Translations under genes and position numbers: made by a program | The notes under the pieces: model-generated | What the model saw: the letters and a program-made list of their open reading frames with translations, nothing else | Database searches by the model: none | What the model was told of the DNA's origin: nothing | Assembly (NCBI GenBank): GCA_029260155.1 | Contig: JAJDDU010000246.1 | Span: 1 to 47,801 of the forward strand | Reading direction: 5' to 3' | DNA length: 47,801 nucleotides | DNA from: Phycisphaerae bacterium | GTDB taxonomy: Bacteria > Planctomycetota > Phycisphaerae > UBA1845 | Shown: positions 9,699-19,125 of the stretch, piece after piece | How positions within the stretch are numbered: the stretch's first letter is position 1 | How the letters are laid out: every line of letters starts with the position of its first letter

Positions 9699-9992
9699 AT
9701 GCCTCTATTCGTGATGATCGGAATCGATGGCGCTGACAGCGCTGAACGACGCAAGCAGCACCGCACCGCGCACGTTGCCCACATCGAAGCGCTTGATCGC
9801 GAAGGGCGAATTACGCTGGCGGGCACGCCGCGCAACGACGCCAACGACGCTTCCGTCGGCGCGGTGGTTCTGTTTGAGGCTAGCAATCTCGAAGAAGCCC
9901 GTGCCATCGCAAACCGCGACCCATTCGTCACCGGCGGCGTCTTTGAGACGTTCCAAGTTGCTCCGTTCAAGCGCGTCTATCCCAAGGAATAG
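9699..9992 (+). CDS. YciI family protein
   Basis: 97 aa. MPLFVMIG.D........R...R..H..H... and C-terminal DPF...GVFE....APFK are typical of YciI-like proteins. Confidence 0.78.
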   Translation: MPLFVMIGIDGADSAERRKQHRTAHVAHIEALDREGRITLAGTPRNDANDASVGAVVLFEASNLEEARAIANRDPFVTGGVFETFQVAPFKRVYPKE

Positions 9993-9998
9993 TTGCTC

Positions 9999-12107
9999 AT
10001 GGAAGATCGCTGGGACGATCAAGCGGCGGCTGCGGCGGTTGAGAGATGGGGGCAGCGGTGCGGCGAAGATTTCGCGCTTCGCCTCTATTCAGCCAACTTG
10101 ATCGGTCGCAACGGTGATCTGGTGCTGCATGGCGGAGGCAATGTTTCCCTCAAGCGCCCCTTCCGTACGATCCTCGGCGACGAGGTCGACGCCGTCCACG
10201 TGAAGTGCTCAGGCCATGACCTCGCCACAATCGAACCGGGCGGCATGCCAGCGCTCGCACTTGCCCCGTTGCAGCGTTTGCGCTCGCTCGATTCCCTCGA
10301 TGATGACGCGATGGTCAACGAGCTGCGCAGGAATCTTTTCGACGCGTCGGCCATGACGCCATCCATCGAGACGCTGTTGCATGTTTTCCTTCCCGCTCGA
10401 TTCATAGACCACTCTCACGCTGACGCGGTGCTGGCGCTGACGAATCAGCCCGACGGCATGCAGATGATCCGCGAAGCAACGGCGGACAAAGTGGCTGTCC
10501 TGCCATACGTAGTGCCCGGTTTCGAGTTGGCCAAGGCAGTAGCGGATCTTTACGATGCGAATCCTTCGGTAGAGGGCATCGTTCTGATACACCACGGTCT
10601 GGTGACGTTCAGCGACGATGCGCGCACGGCGTACGGTCGTCACATCGCGATTGTCTCCGCATGTGAGGCGTTCATTGCCGAGCGCCGACAAGTCGGACTC
10701 GTCCGCGCGGGACGGCGTCCGAAGGTCAGCTATTCGTCCCCGAAGAAGCCGGCGGAGCTCGCAACGCTCGCGGCCCCAATTCTGCGCGGCTTGATCGCGA
10801 CGCCCACCGGCGACGACGATCACCCGTGGGCACGATCGATCCTCGAATGGGACGCGTCGGCAGACGTGCTCGAATTCCTCAACAGTGAATCAGCAGAAGC
10901 GTTGGCCAAGACCGGTCCGCTCACGACGGATCACCTCATTCGTACGAAACGACACGCTCTCTACGTACCCGATCCAGCATGGACCGATGCCAAGGCGCTG
11001 CACGCTCAGCTTGAGGATGAGGTTAGACGATACCGCGCGGAGTACTGCAACTATCTCAACGAAGGCTCCGAAGGCATCGATCCGTCGCCAAGTGTTGTAC
11101 TGTTGCCCGGTGCGGGCGCGTTCTGTTGGGGGGGCACAAAACACGAAGCGCGCATCGCAGCCGACATCACCCGCCACACGCTGACCACGAAGACCAAAGC
11201 AGATGCCATCGGTACGTACGCTTCGCTTTCCGACGAACATCTCCGTGCAATGGAGTGTCGTTCGATACAGCGTGCCAAGCTTAACGCGCAATCTGATCGA
11301 CCGTTGGAGAGTCAGATCGTGGTCATCAGCGGCGGGGCGGGAGCGATTGGGGCGGCGATCGCCGAGACGTGTGCGGGCGCGGGAGCGCACGTCGTCGTGA
11401 CCGATGTCAATGAAGATCGCCTGCGACACGTCGTGGGGCGGATCGAGGTGCTGTTCGGAAGTGGCGCCGCCGCGGCGCTTGTCATGGACGTTACCGACGA
11501 ATCATCCGTGCGAGCGGGCTACGATGACATATGCCGCACGTACGGTGGCGTCGACGTCGTCGTCCCCAACGCCGGTATCGCGCACGTCGCGCCGATCGAA
11601 GACCTTAAATTGGCGGACTTCCGGCGGGTGCTCGACATCAACGCTGTCGGCTATCTGCTTTTCATGCGCGAAGGCATGCGCGTCCTGCGGCAGCAGCGCC
11701 TCGGCGGGCACATCGTGATCAACAGCAGCAAAAACGTGTTCGGTCCGGGCAAGGACTTCGGCGCGTACAGTGCGTCCAAGGCCGCCGGTCATCAACTCGG
11801 AAAAGTCGCCGCGCTCGAACTGGCGCAATACGGAATTCGGGTCAACATGATAAACGCCGACGCAGTTTTCGCCCACGATGACATCCAGTCCGGCCTCTGG
11901 GCAGAGGTCGGCCCGCAGCGGGCTGCAAGTCGCGGGATGAAAACGGAGGATCTGCCCGAGTACTACCGAGGCCGCAATTTGCTCGGCGCCCGCATTCGCG
12001 GCCACCATGTCGGCAATGCCGTGGTCTTCTTCGCCCGCAACGCAACGCCGACAACCGGCGCGACGCTTCCAGTGGACGGCGGCGTCGCAGATGCCTTCCC
12101 GCGTTGA
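9999..12107 (+). CDS. bifunctional class II aldolase / short-chain dehydrogenase (rhamnulose-1-phosphate aldolase/alcohol dehydrogenase-like)
   Basis: About 700 aa. The N-terminal half is class II aldolase/adducin-like (LVLHGGGNVS...). The C-terminal half is an SDR with VISGGAGAIGAA and YSASKAA. The first ATG is at 9999. Confidence 0.84.
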   Translation: MEDRWDDQAAAAAVERWGQRCGEDFALRLYSANLIGRNGDLVLHGGGNVSLKRPFRTILGDEVDAVHVKCSGHDLATIEPGGMPALALAPLQRLRSLDSLDDDAMVNELRRNLFDASAMTPSIETLLHVFLPARFIDHSHADAVLALTNQPDGMQMIREATADKVAVLPYVVPGFELAKAVADLYDANPSVEGIVLIHHGLVTFSDDARTAYGRHIAIVSACEAFIAERRQVGLVRAGRRPKVSYSSPKKPAELATLAAPILRGLIATPTGDDDHPWARSILEWDASADVLEFLNSESAEALAKTGPLTTDHLIRTKRHALYVPDPAWTDAKALHAQLEDEVRRYRAEYCNYLNEGSEGIDPSPSVVLLPGAGAFCWGGTKHEARIAADITRHTLTTKTKADAIGTYASLSDEHLRAMECRSIQRAKLNAQSDRPLESQIVVISGGAGAIGAAIAETCAGAGAHVVVTDVNEDRLRHVVGRIEVLFGSGAAAALVMDVTDESSVRAGYDDICRTYGGVDVVVPNAGIAHVAPIEDLKLADFRRVLDINAVGYLLFMREGMRVLRQQRLGGHIVINSSKNVFGPGKDFGAYSASKAAGHQLGKVAALELAQYGIRVNMINADAVFAHDDIQSGLWAEVGPQRAASRGMKTEDLPEYYRGRNLLGARIRGHHVGNAVVFFARNATPTTGATLPVDGGVADAFPR

Positions 12108-12119
12108 CTTCGTCGGGAC

Positions 12120-15100
12120 TCAGCTTGCGATGTCACTACCGACGCCAACCAGATAGCATACCGCCCACGCGTGCAGCGTTGCGGCGTTTGATGTCAGGGC
12201 CCCGCACAGCGCGCCGACGCCGTGACTCAGTGCATTGAGACTGAAGTCAACCTGCGCCATCGTCGACCCCGGAAGACCGGAATTGCACACCACTTCGACG
12301 GTGGACGCGCCAGCGTGGAAGAAGTGATTGAAGTTCGACAGCGACGTAATACCGCCGAGCGCGCTGCCCAAGTATGTCATCCATGTGCCGGCGTCCGCTT
12401 GAATCGAACCGCAGATCGAAGCTGTGATTTCGCTGGCCGTCGTCCCGCAACCCGGTCCACCCTCGATGCCGTCCGCGGCGCAATTCGAGAATCCACCCAT
12501 GACCGAATCCACGCCCGACCAAAGACCCGCCACGATTGCCCCGTGCGTGCCAACAGGACTGGCTCCGTGTAGTCCGTCCAGAGTCACAGCCGATGTGTGG
12601 CCGGTGTTGGGGTCTAGCTCCAACCAACCCAGAGTGGCCGACACGAGCCCGATGTCCACCATTCGATCCGGCGCTATGATGAGAATCTGTGGTCGCAGCG
12701 TCCTGTGCTCCTCGATGAGCGCGAACGCTTCTTTTGTGAACACGTTGTCCGTTGGGATCGGCTCGCCGGGAGGAATGACCATGAAGCCCGGAACGTCCGT
12801 GCGATTCGGATCCTCGTGCAAGTAGACGACGAAGTCGTCCGCGTCCACCGGCCATTCTGCGTTTCTCGGCAGATGACCATCGGCATTGATCGTCAGTGTT
12901 ACCGTTTCGGGGGCCGATGGTTCGGGCAGTGCGAGCGCGCCGATTGCGGTCAGCGATTCTGAAAGCGACTGCCCGTCGGACGTTCGCGTATAGGTTCCAC
13001 GGGCACGGCTTGCCAAGTCCATGAGTTCGAGTTCCGCCGTACTGCCCTCAGTCAAGCCCACCCCGATCGTGTAAATCTGAATCCCGCTGGGAATGGACAC
13101 ACTTTGAAGACCGGAATCGCAGTCATTGTCACCGTCTGCCAGAACGATGAGCCGGCGCGAAGCGCCCCATGGTCCCTCCGTCATCTCGTCCAACGCGGCT
13201 TGAACAGCACCGGTAAGCGGCGTCCCGCCGGTCAGGTAGACCTCGTCGAAGAATCGCAGCGCATCCAGAGTGCTCGCGCGGTCCAAAGACCACGGCGCTC
13301 GCTGAACAACCTCACGGCGACACACGTCGTCAAACGTCGAGGGGAAGCCCCACACGGCCAGCTCAATACTCGCCGGCGTATCATTGACGATCGTCTCCAG
13401 CGCAGTGGCAACCACGTCAATCTTCGACCCACAGCCGTCGCCCGCGCAGTTGGGATCCGCGGGTTGGTCCATGCTGTTCGAGGTGTCGACCAAGATCGCG
13501 ATGCTACCGGTCAACGTCGGGTTGGCGGTGTCGGGAACGTGTACGTCCATACTGCCATCCGGCCAACTCAGTCCGATGCCACTGCCGGAACCGAGTTCTG
13601 CGTCACGTACACCGATAGCATAAGACTCCTGCGCCCTCGCCAGATCCGAACCTCGCCAGGACATCACTCTTCCACGCAGACGCAGCTCCCGCGGTGTTAC
13701 GATCGCGTCAATGCGCGATTCGCCGACAGGGGTTGTGAGTTCAAGAACCAGGCGCGTCAACCCGTATCTGGCGATGGTCACCTGATGTGTGGCGTCCTCA
13801 TCGGTAGCGACGATCACCTCGACCCCGACCGGCTGGCCGTCGATCTCGACTGTCTGCCTCCCGGTAGTGAATCGGCTCAACTGAGTCTCTACCCACGCGG
13901 ACGCGCCGTCAGTGTCGTACATGAATCGGTAGTCCGTCGGGGTCCCAGCGCGAATAGCGGCAGCGGCGGCCGGTGCGATCCAAAGAGGCGTCTCATAGAA
14001 CGAACTGGTCTGGTCCTCTGCGCCGAACTGCAGAATGCGGGGCTTGTTCTCGCTCAGTGTGGCGGTTGTCTCATCCGTGCCGCCGCTGCCGATGACAACG
14101 CCTTGAGCGTTCGTGAGATGCCAGTCAACTGAATCTCGCTTCGACTCCGAGTCGCCGGTATCGGCAGACTCTTCGAACATACGAGCGATTGCATGAATGG
14201 CAAAAGACTCGCCCTTGTAGCTCCCACTTCCCCGCACCATTGATCCACTGAGAGTGGCCAATCCCAACTGCGGGCTTTCGACGTGTTGGATGCGCGGAAC
14301 GTAGTCGAGCGCCGCGCCGTTCTGCAGCAGCAGCAGCTCGATTGGCCAAGCCCGATCCGTACCGTCCCCCAGGACAACGCCGTCAGCGGAAGACGCAATG
14401 TCGTCCCAGGTTTCTCCGGCGGCTGATTCGAGCGCAGCCCTCTCCTGATCCGTCAGCAAAAAGAGCAGCTCACTGCCGACCAGAAGTACCGTCGCTTCTG
14501 TGTTGGATTGCGCGTCGCTGAAGACCAGCCCTTCCTCTGTGACGCCCTCTTCCAACAGTCGCTGAAGAGCGTCGTCTAGGAATTCCAATCGACTTACGAC
14601 GTCATTTGATTCTTCCTGAAAATGGGCCGCGAAGATCTCGGGCACTGTCAGCGCTGGCATGCCGGTGCTCCGCTCCAGCACCATGCCCTCGACCATTGCG
14701 TCTGTAATCCCGAGCGATACTTGCATGGAGATGGGATTCTCATTCCCGTAAATGAGACGCGTGTTGGCCAACAAGTCGAGACTCGGTAGCAGTGGACCGT
14801 CCGTAACGACGCCCCTTCGCTCCTGAGCAGCGATGATGACGCGCACGGTATCGTACGAGACGATGCCGTCTTCGCCGGCGTCTTCGAACAAACGCCATGC
14901 TGCGTTGTCGGTCTCGACGGCCAGTTCGATGGCGCGCAGGCGTAGGAACTCTTCCGGGTTCTGCGTTCCTCCAGCAAGGTCGGCAAGGTCTGATTCGATC
15001 TGCAGATACGACGGTCCCACAAGACTCGCCCCGAACCAGATAGCGTAGATGTCGACACCCACGTCAGGCGACTGGTTGGCAGCGCTCGACGCCGAGTCAA

Positions 15101-15857
15101 AGAGCGTTCGTATGTGCTCCGTCGCCTCGCCACTCGGCGTGATGTGCCGAATTATGAGTGCGTGACGGGTCACACTGTCCAGTGACCGACCTAACCACGC
15201 GTCGCCCGCGCGACCGATACGCACGCGGAGTTGTACGCCGTTACCGTCGTCAACATAGTCGACCGTGACCGGCTGCGCCATGATGTCGGGCAGGGAGAGC
15301 TCGCCTAGATCATTGTCGAAGGGCGCCGTCGATCCCGACTGCCAGATTCGCTCATTGATCTCCACACGGTGGACAGGCATGTCCGACGGCGTATCACCGG
15401 CTAACAGTTTCGCAGTGGAGGCAACGTCGAAACGCGACGTTGGAACGGAAACCTCCGCATCGCCGACGAGCGCTTGCAGGGTGCAGGTGTCGCCATCGAT
15501 TGTGTATCGGCTGGGGATGTTGGCTGCGGAGAGAAGCTGATGCGTCGTCAGGCAGCGATCGATATCGTTGCCCATCCGCGACGCAAGAACCGCCCCCGCA
15601 GATCGCATCGAACCGACGTAGTCTTCGGGAACCATCGCATCGGACGCCCAGGCAAGAACGTCTTGGCCTTCTTCTAACAGCGTTTCGGCGACGCGCTGAG
15701 CGTGCGGGTCGATCGGGTCCGCGATCACGAACCCGCCTTGCGCCATGGCGTCGGGCGGACCGATCTGGTCCTCCGGGACGCCAGTGCAACCAGCCGGACC
15801 GATAAACACTGCCGCAACTGCGAGCGCGACGAATGCCACACTATGGCACTGCCGCAT
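12120..15857 (-). CDS. giant putative lipoprotein with a von Willebrand factor A domain
   Basis: Lipoprotein-like leader MRQCHSVAFVALAVAAVFIGPAGC from ATG 15857; the ORF is open to 15923. The VWA region lies at nt 12969-13508 with a MIDAS-like LVDTSNSM and LIVLADGDND. The rest of the protein is unrecognised. Confidence 0.7.
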   Translation of the reverse strand: MRQCHSVAFVALAVAAVFIGPAGCTGVPEDQIGPPDAMAQGGFVIADPIDPHAQRVAETLLEEGQDVLAWASDAMVPEDYVGSMRSAGAVLASRMGNDIDRCLTTHQLLSAANIPSRYTIDGDTCTLQALVGDAEVSVPTSRFDVASTAKLLAGDTPSDMPVHRVEINERIWQSGSTAPFDNDLGELSLPDIMAQPVTVDYVDDGNGVQLRVRIGRAGDAWLGRSLDSVTRHALIIRHITPSGEATEHIRTLFDSASSAANQSPDVGVDIYAIWFGASLVGPSYLQIESDLADLAGGTQNPEEFLRLRAIELAVETDNAAWRLFEDAGEDGIVSYDTVRVIIAAQERRGVVTDGPLLPSLDLLANTRLIYGNENPISMQVSLGITDAMVEGMVLERSTGMPALTVPEIFAAHFQEESNDVVSRLEFLDDALQRLLEEGVTEEGLVFSDAQSNTEATVLLVGSELLFLLTDQERAALESAAGETWDDIASSADGVVLGDGTDRAWPIELLLLQNGAALDYVPRIQHVESPQLGLATLSGSMVRGSGSYKGESFAIHAIARMFEESADTGDSESKRDSVDWHLTNAQGVVIGSGGTDETTATLSENKPRILQFGAEDQTSSFYETPLWIAPAAAAAIRAGTPTDYRFMYDTDGASAWVETQLSRFTTGRQTVEIDGQPVGVEVIVATDEDATHQVTIARYGLTRLVLELTTPVGESRIDAIVTPRELRLRGRVMSWRGSDLARAQESYAIGVRDAELGSGSGIGLSWPDGSMDVHVPDTANPTLTGSIAILVDTSNSMDQPADPNCAGDGCGSKIDVVATALETIVNDTPASIELAVWGFPSTFDDVCRREVVQRAPWSLDRASTLDALRFFDEVYLTGGTPLTGAVQAALDEMTEGPWGASRRLIVLADGDNDCDSGLQSVSIPSGIQIYTIGVGLTEGSTAELELMDLASRARGTYTRTSDGQSLSESLTAIGALALPEPSAPETVTLTINADGHLPRNAEWPVDADDFVVYLHEDPNRTDVPGFMVIPPGEPIPTDNVFTKEAFALIEEHRTLRPQILIIAPDRMVDIGLVSATLGWLELDPNTGHTSAVTLDGLHGASPVGTHGAIVAGLWSGVDSVMGGFSNCAADGIEGGPGCGTTASEITASICGSIQADAGTWMTYLGSALGGITSLSNFNHFFHAGASTVEVVCNSGLPGSTMAQVDFSLNALSHGVGALCGALTSNAATLHAWAVCYLVGVGSDIAS

Positions 15858-16039
15858 CCCCCGCGAGGCCACATGCGCGAACGCCATGACGCCACCCCCG
15901 TTTGCATAGGACCGAAGAAACACCGAAATACGCCGAGCTAAGCGATCATTGAATTCACTCAGATTGGATCATCGGTGTTTGCAGAGATGGTCTTGCATAG
16001 CCCCCTCAGCGCCGGCGGACGGCCTGTTTATCGGCCATG

Positions 16040-16705
16040 TCAGCCCAGCCACCTGCCCAGTGCGCGCATGAAGCAGATCAGCAAATCGTCGCCATCGTAG
16101 TATCGGCCCGCTGTGCGCAACGCTTCGTACTCAGCTTCGGTGCGCCGGGCGCGTTTTTCCCGTTCTTCCCGCCTCTCCTCTTCGCGATCCTTGTTGTCTG
16201 CGTGCAGCCTGCCCCCCGCCGCCGCCCACTTCAAAATTCGCCCCAGCTCACCCCCGTCCAGCCAAACCCCATGCCCTCTGCACGTGTCGACGATCACGCC
16301 CGACCGCGGACCATAGATCTTCCGGTGCATCAGCTCGGCGCACACAGGGCACTTCACATACGTCACCTGCGAGGAATCTGGTGCTTCCTCCTCGACGATC
16401 CTGCTCATCCGCTCGAAGTCGACTTCAAAGACGCGCGACACGGACGTATCGATCAGCGATTCCAGCTCGTTCGGATCAAAGAACATGCCCAAGCACTTGT
16501 CGCAGCGCTCGACACACAGGCCGCCCACGGCGCAAAGCTCGATGGTGTCCATCCGCACGTCGCAGCGTGGACAAGTGCGTTCGCTCGGTGTCTTGCCCGT
16601 TGTCCGCCGGCCAATGGTACGCAGGTCTGTGTCGTTCAGAGAACCGCAAAACGTGCAGACGTTCGACTTCGGGCTCAGCGGTGCACCGCAGTTTACACAG
16701 TTCAT
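16040..16705 (-). CDS. double TFIIB-type zinc-ribbon (zf-TFIIB family) protein with charged coiled C-terminus
   Basis: Two copies of CP.C...M......G...D.C..C.G.W.D..EL (CPRCDVRM...CDKCLGMFFDPNELESL and CPVCAELM...CRGHGVWLDGGELGRIL). ATG 16705 overlaps the upstream stop as ATGA. Confidence 0.75.
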   Translation of the reverse strand: MNCVNCGAPLSPKSNVCTFCGSLNDTDLRTIGRRTTGKTPSERTCPRCDVRMDTIELCAVGGLCVERCDKCLGMFFDPNELESLIDTSVSRVFEVDFERMSRIVEEEAPDSSQVTYVKCPVCAELMHRKIYGPRSGVIVDTCRGHGVWLDGGELGRILKWAAAGGRLHADNKDREEERREEREKRARRTEAEYEALRTAGRYYDGDDLLICFMRALGRWLG

Positions 16706-17436
16706 GGCCAACGCCCCCGCGCATGTTCCGCCCCAGCAACGCCGCGGCGAGAATTGTTCGCACGATACCTCTCAGAGAACGTCCGCAAGTCTAGCCCCAG
16801 CATGTCCCACATCCAAATCAAAGCGTCGGACATCAACACTACGAGAATCCCCCCGGCGTGAAACCGGCGAGCGCTTGTGATCATGGCCACTCGAAGCAAT
16901 CGCATACGCCCCAGCCGCGTCGCCCGACGCGAGAAGTCCGAGTCTTCTAGAATCGGCATGTCCGCGAATCCGCCGAGAGCGCCAAACGCGTCACGGCGAA
17001 CAAACAATCCCTGGTCGCCGAAATACGCGCAGCCAGACCCATAACGCACCCGATTCACCAACTCAACAACACGCAGCCGCCACTGCGGGCCAGCCAGCTT
17101 GAACTCGAACGCCCCACCCACAACGTCGTCGCCATCCAGCGCGCCCGCGATCAGCTCGTCGTAGCCAGCCGGCACGCGGCTGTCCGCGTGCAGGAACAAC
17201 AGCACATCACCCGAAGCTGCCGACGCGCCCGCGTTGCATGCCTGGGCGCGGTTGGTGATGCCCTCGTCCCGAACGACCCGGACGCCTCCGCGATGCGCGA
17301 TCGCGACCGTCGCGTCAGCCGAGCCGCAGTCTGCCACAATGACCTCCAGTTCCCTTGCAGTGGCATTCCTCCGCAACAACGCAAGCGTGTCGCCGAGCAA
17401 GCAAGCCTCGTTGAGCGTCGGTATGATCACACTCAT
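16702..17436 (-). CDS. family 2 glycosyltransferase, TIGR04283-like
   Basis: SVIIPTLNE...EVIVADCGSAD...NAGA..A.GDVLLFLHADSR.P...FGDQGLFVRR..F..LGGF....ILED..F.RR. ATG 17436 has a GGAAGGAG RBS about 13 nt upstream; the longer ORF to 17541 is unlikely. Confidence 0.78.
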   Translation of the reverse strand: MSVIIPTLNEACLLGDTLALLRRNATARELEVIVADCGSADATVAIAHRGGVRVVRDEGITNRAQACNAGASAASGDVLLFLHADSRVPAGYDELIAGALDGDDVVGGAFEFKLAGPQWRLRVVELVNRVRYGSGCAYFGDQGLFVRRDAFGALGGFADMPILEDSDFSRRATRLGRMRLLRVAMITSARRFHAGGILVVLMSDALIWMWDMLGLDLRTFSERYRANNSRRGVAGAEHARGRWP

Positions 17437-17671
17437 GTGCACGCGCGGGCTCCTTCCGGTGGCCGATGGGCGTTTTGGCTGCTCGTCGCCGGCTGATTCT
17501 CCGATAACGACCGCAACGGCACAAGTCACGCAAGCGAGCATTAAACCTATGGTGATCGCGATCTAATATAATATTTGCGAGATTTGACTTTATTTCTACA
17601 ACTTCTAAGGTAATATATTGCACAGGTAGCTTACCAACAGAAACGTGGACAACGAAACAGGACGATGTGAA
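17437..17671. promoter_or_regulatory. divergent intergenic region with the most AT-rich stretch in the window
   Basis: ctaatataatatttgcgagatttgactttatttctacaacttctaaggtaatatattgcaca lies between the divergently oriented GT2 and glnA genes. No consensus promoter could be assigned. Confidence 0.4.
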
Positions 17672-19114
17672 ATGGAATACGCCGGATTGAGAGATTTCCT
17701 TGAGATTCCGTACGACAAGCTCCAGGATATGAACTTGGAAGCCAAGGAGCAGCGGGCCACCCGAGTATCAGCTGCCGCCATCGAGGAGCAGAGACGCAGG
17801 TATCTCGCGGAAGAAAAGCGAATCAAGGCCGTGACGGTTTGCTTTTCTGATGTTGAAGGCAGACTGCATATGCTTGACTATGACAAGAGGTTCTTGTTGA
17901 AGTCGGCCGACAACCTCACGTTTGATGGCTCGTCGATTCGCGGATTCACCGTCCAGCAGGAATCGGACCTTCGCTTGGTGATCGACTGGCCGGCGTTCTA
18001 CTGGCTGCCCGCTGACATCTTCGGTCCGGGCAAAGTACTGGTCTTCGCTACCGTGTTGAATCGGGACGGGCTACCCTTCGATGCCGACATCCGCGGGCGC
18101 CTTAAGGCCTACACCGAATCGATGTTCGCCAAAGACGGGACCATTGCGAACGTCGCCACCGAGATTGAGGGCTTTCTCTTCAAGGGCACGGAAGCGGAGC
18201 GGCACTATCCTGAAACGGGGTGCTTCGAGTTCATTTCCAAGGGCGGGTACTACCATTCGCTGCCAAGGGACCCGCTCCGTCAGTTTATTGACACCGCCGC
18301 CGAAGTGCAGCGGGCGATGGGCTTTGGCAACGAGAAGGACCATCCGGAGGTTGCCCCTTCGCAGTTCGAGATGAACTGGGGCTACGAAGAGGCCACGATC
18401 GCGGCGGACCAGATTCAGCTGTACAAACTAGCGTGCCGCCGCGTGGCACACCATTACGACGTAACGGCGAGTTTCCTGCCGAAGCCTGTGACGAATGTCA
18501 ACGGAAGCGGCATGCACGCCAACGTGTCATTGATGCGTAACGAGAAGAACCTATTCCACGACAAGCAGGGTGTCGACGATCTGTCCCAGGTCGGCTGGAG
18601 TTTCCTGGAGCGTGTTCTGCACAGCGCGCCTGAGACTTGCCTCGTGCTGAACTCGAGCGTGAATGCATACAGGCGGCTTGATCCGAACTACGAAGCCCCA
18701 AATCAGATCAAAGCGTCAGCCGTCAACCGGGCTGCGATGATCCGCATCCCGCTGGCCAACGAGCGATCGTCGCGTATCGAGGTGCGTTCGATCGGCCCGG
18801 ACGCTAATCCGTACATGTTGATTTACACGCTACTCAAGACCGGGCTTGAGGGACCGACGCCCGACAATGACGACGCGGAAGGCAAGCGCAGCCGCACGCG
18901 GTTCTTGCCCGACAACATCTACGATGCGATGCGCAACTTCAAAACCAGCAAGTGGATGATTGATGTGCTGGGTGAAGGTGTGCACGGCAAGTATCTCGAG
19001 GTCAAGCAGGCCGCCGCTGACCGCTGCCCCCGGGCGCTCGGCGACCTGATCAAGCGCGGGGAGGTCCAGTTTCACCACGAGGTTACGAATCAGTGGCTGT
19101 GGGGGCAGTTCTAG
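17672..19114 (+). CDS. glnA: glutamine synthetase family protein
   Basis: Beta-grasp N-domain (FSDVEGRLHML), catalytic motifs EVAPSQFEMN and NGSGMHANVSL, and C-terminal R.E.R..G.DANPY. Confidence 0.85.
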   Translation: MEYAGLRDFLEIPYDKLQDMNLEAKEQRATRVSAAAIEEQRRRYLAEEKRIKAVTVCFSDVEGRLHMLDYDKRFLLKSADNLTFDGSSIRGFTVQQESDLRLVIDWPAFYWLPADIFGPGKVLVFATVLNRDGLPFDADIRGRLKAYTESMFAKDGTIANVATEIEGFLFKGTEAERHYPETGCFEFISKGGYYHSLPRDPLRQFIDTAAEVQRAMGFGNEKDHPEVAPSQFEMNWGYEEATIAADQIQLYKLACRRVAHHYDVTASFLPKPVTNVNGSGMHANVSLMRNEKNLFHDKQGVDDLSQVGWSFLERVLHSAPETCLVLNSSVNAYRRLDPNYEAPNQIKASAVNRAAMIRIPLANERSSRIEVRSIGPDANPYMLIYTLLKTGLEGPTPDNDDAEGKRSRTRFLPDNIYDAMRNFKTSKWMIDVLGEGVHGKYLEVKQAAADRCPRALGDLIKRGEVQFHHEVTNQWLWGQF

Positions 19115-19125
19115 TCGCTACAGAG

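Noticed and set aside
13104-14132. 342-aa plus-strand ORF. Similar long antisense ORFs occur at 571-1329, 8139-8948, 20161-20964, 34813-35769, 37008-37832 and 43463-44215.
   Set aside because: All lie antisense to genes with recognisable domains, are Arg/Pro/Ser-rich and have no motifs. I treat them as GC-driven open frames.
17609-17621. Sigma-54-like GG...TTGC element upstream of glnA (aaGGtaatataTTGCa)
   Set aside because: There are 7 nt between GG and TTGC rather than the required 8, and the -24 element lacks the TGGCAC context. Sigma-54 promoters do not tolerate this spacing change.
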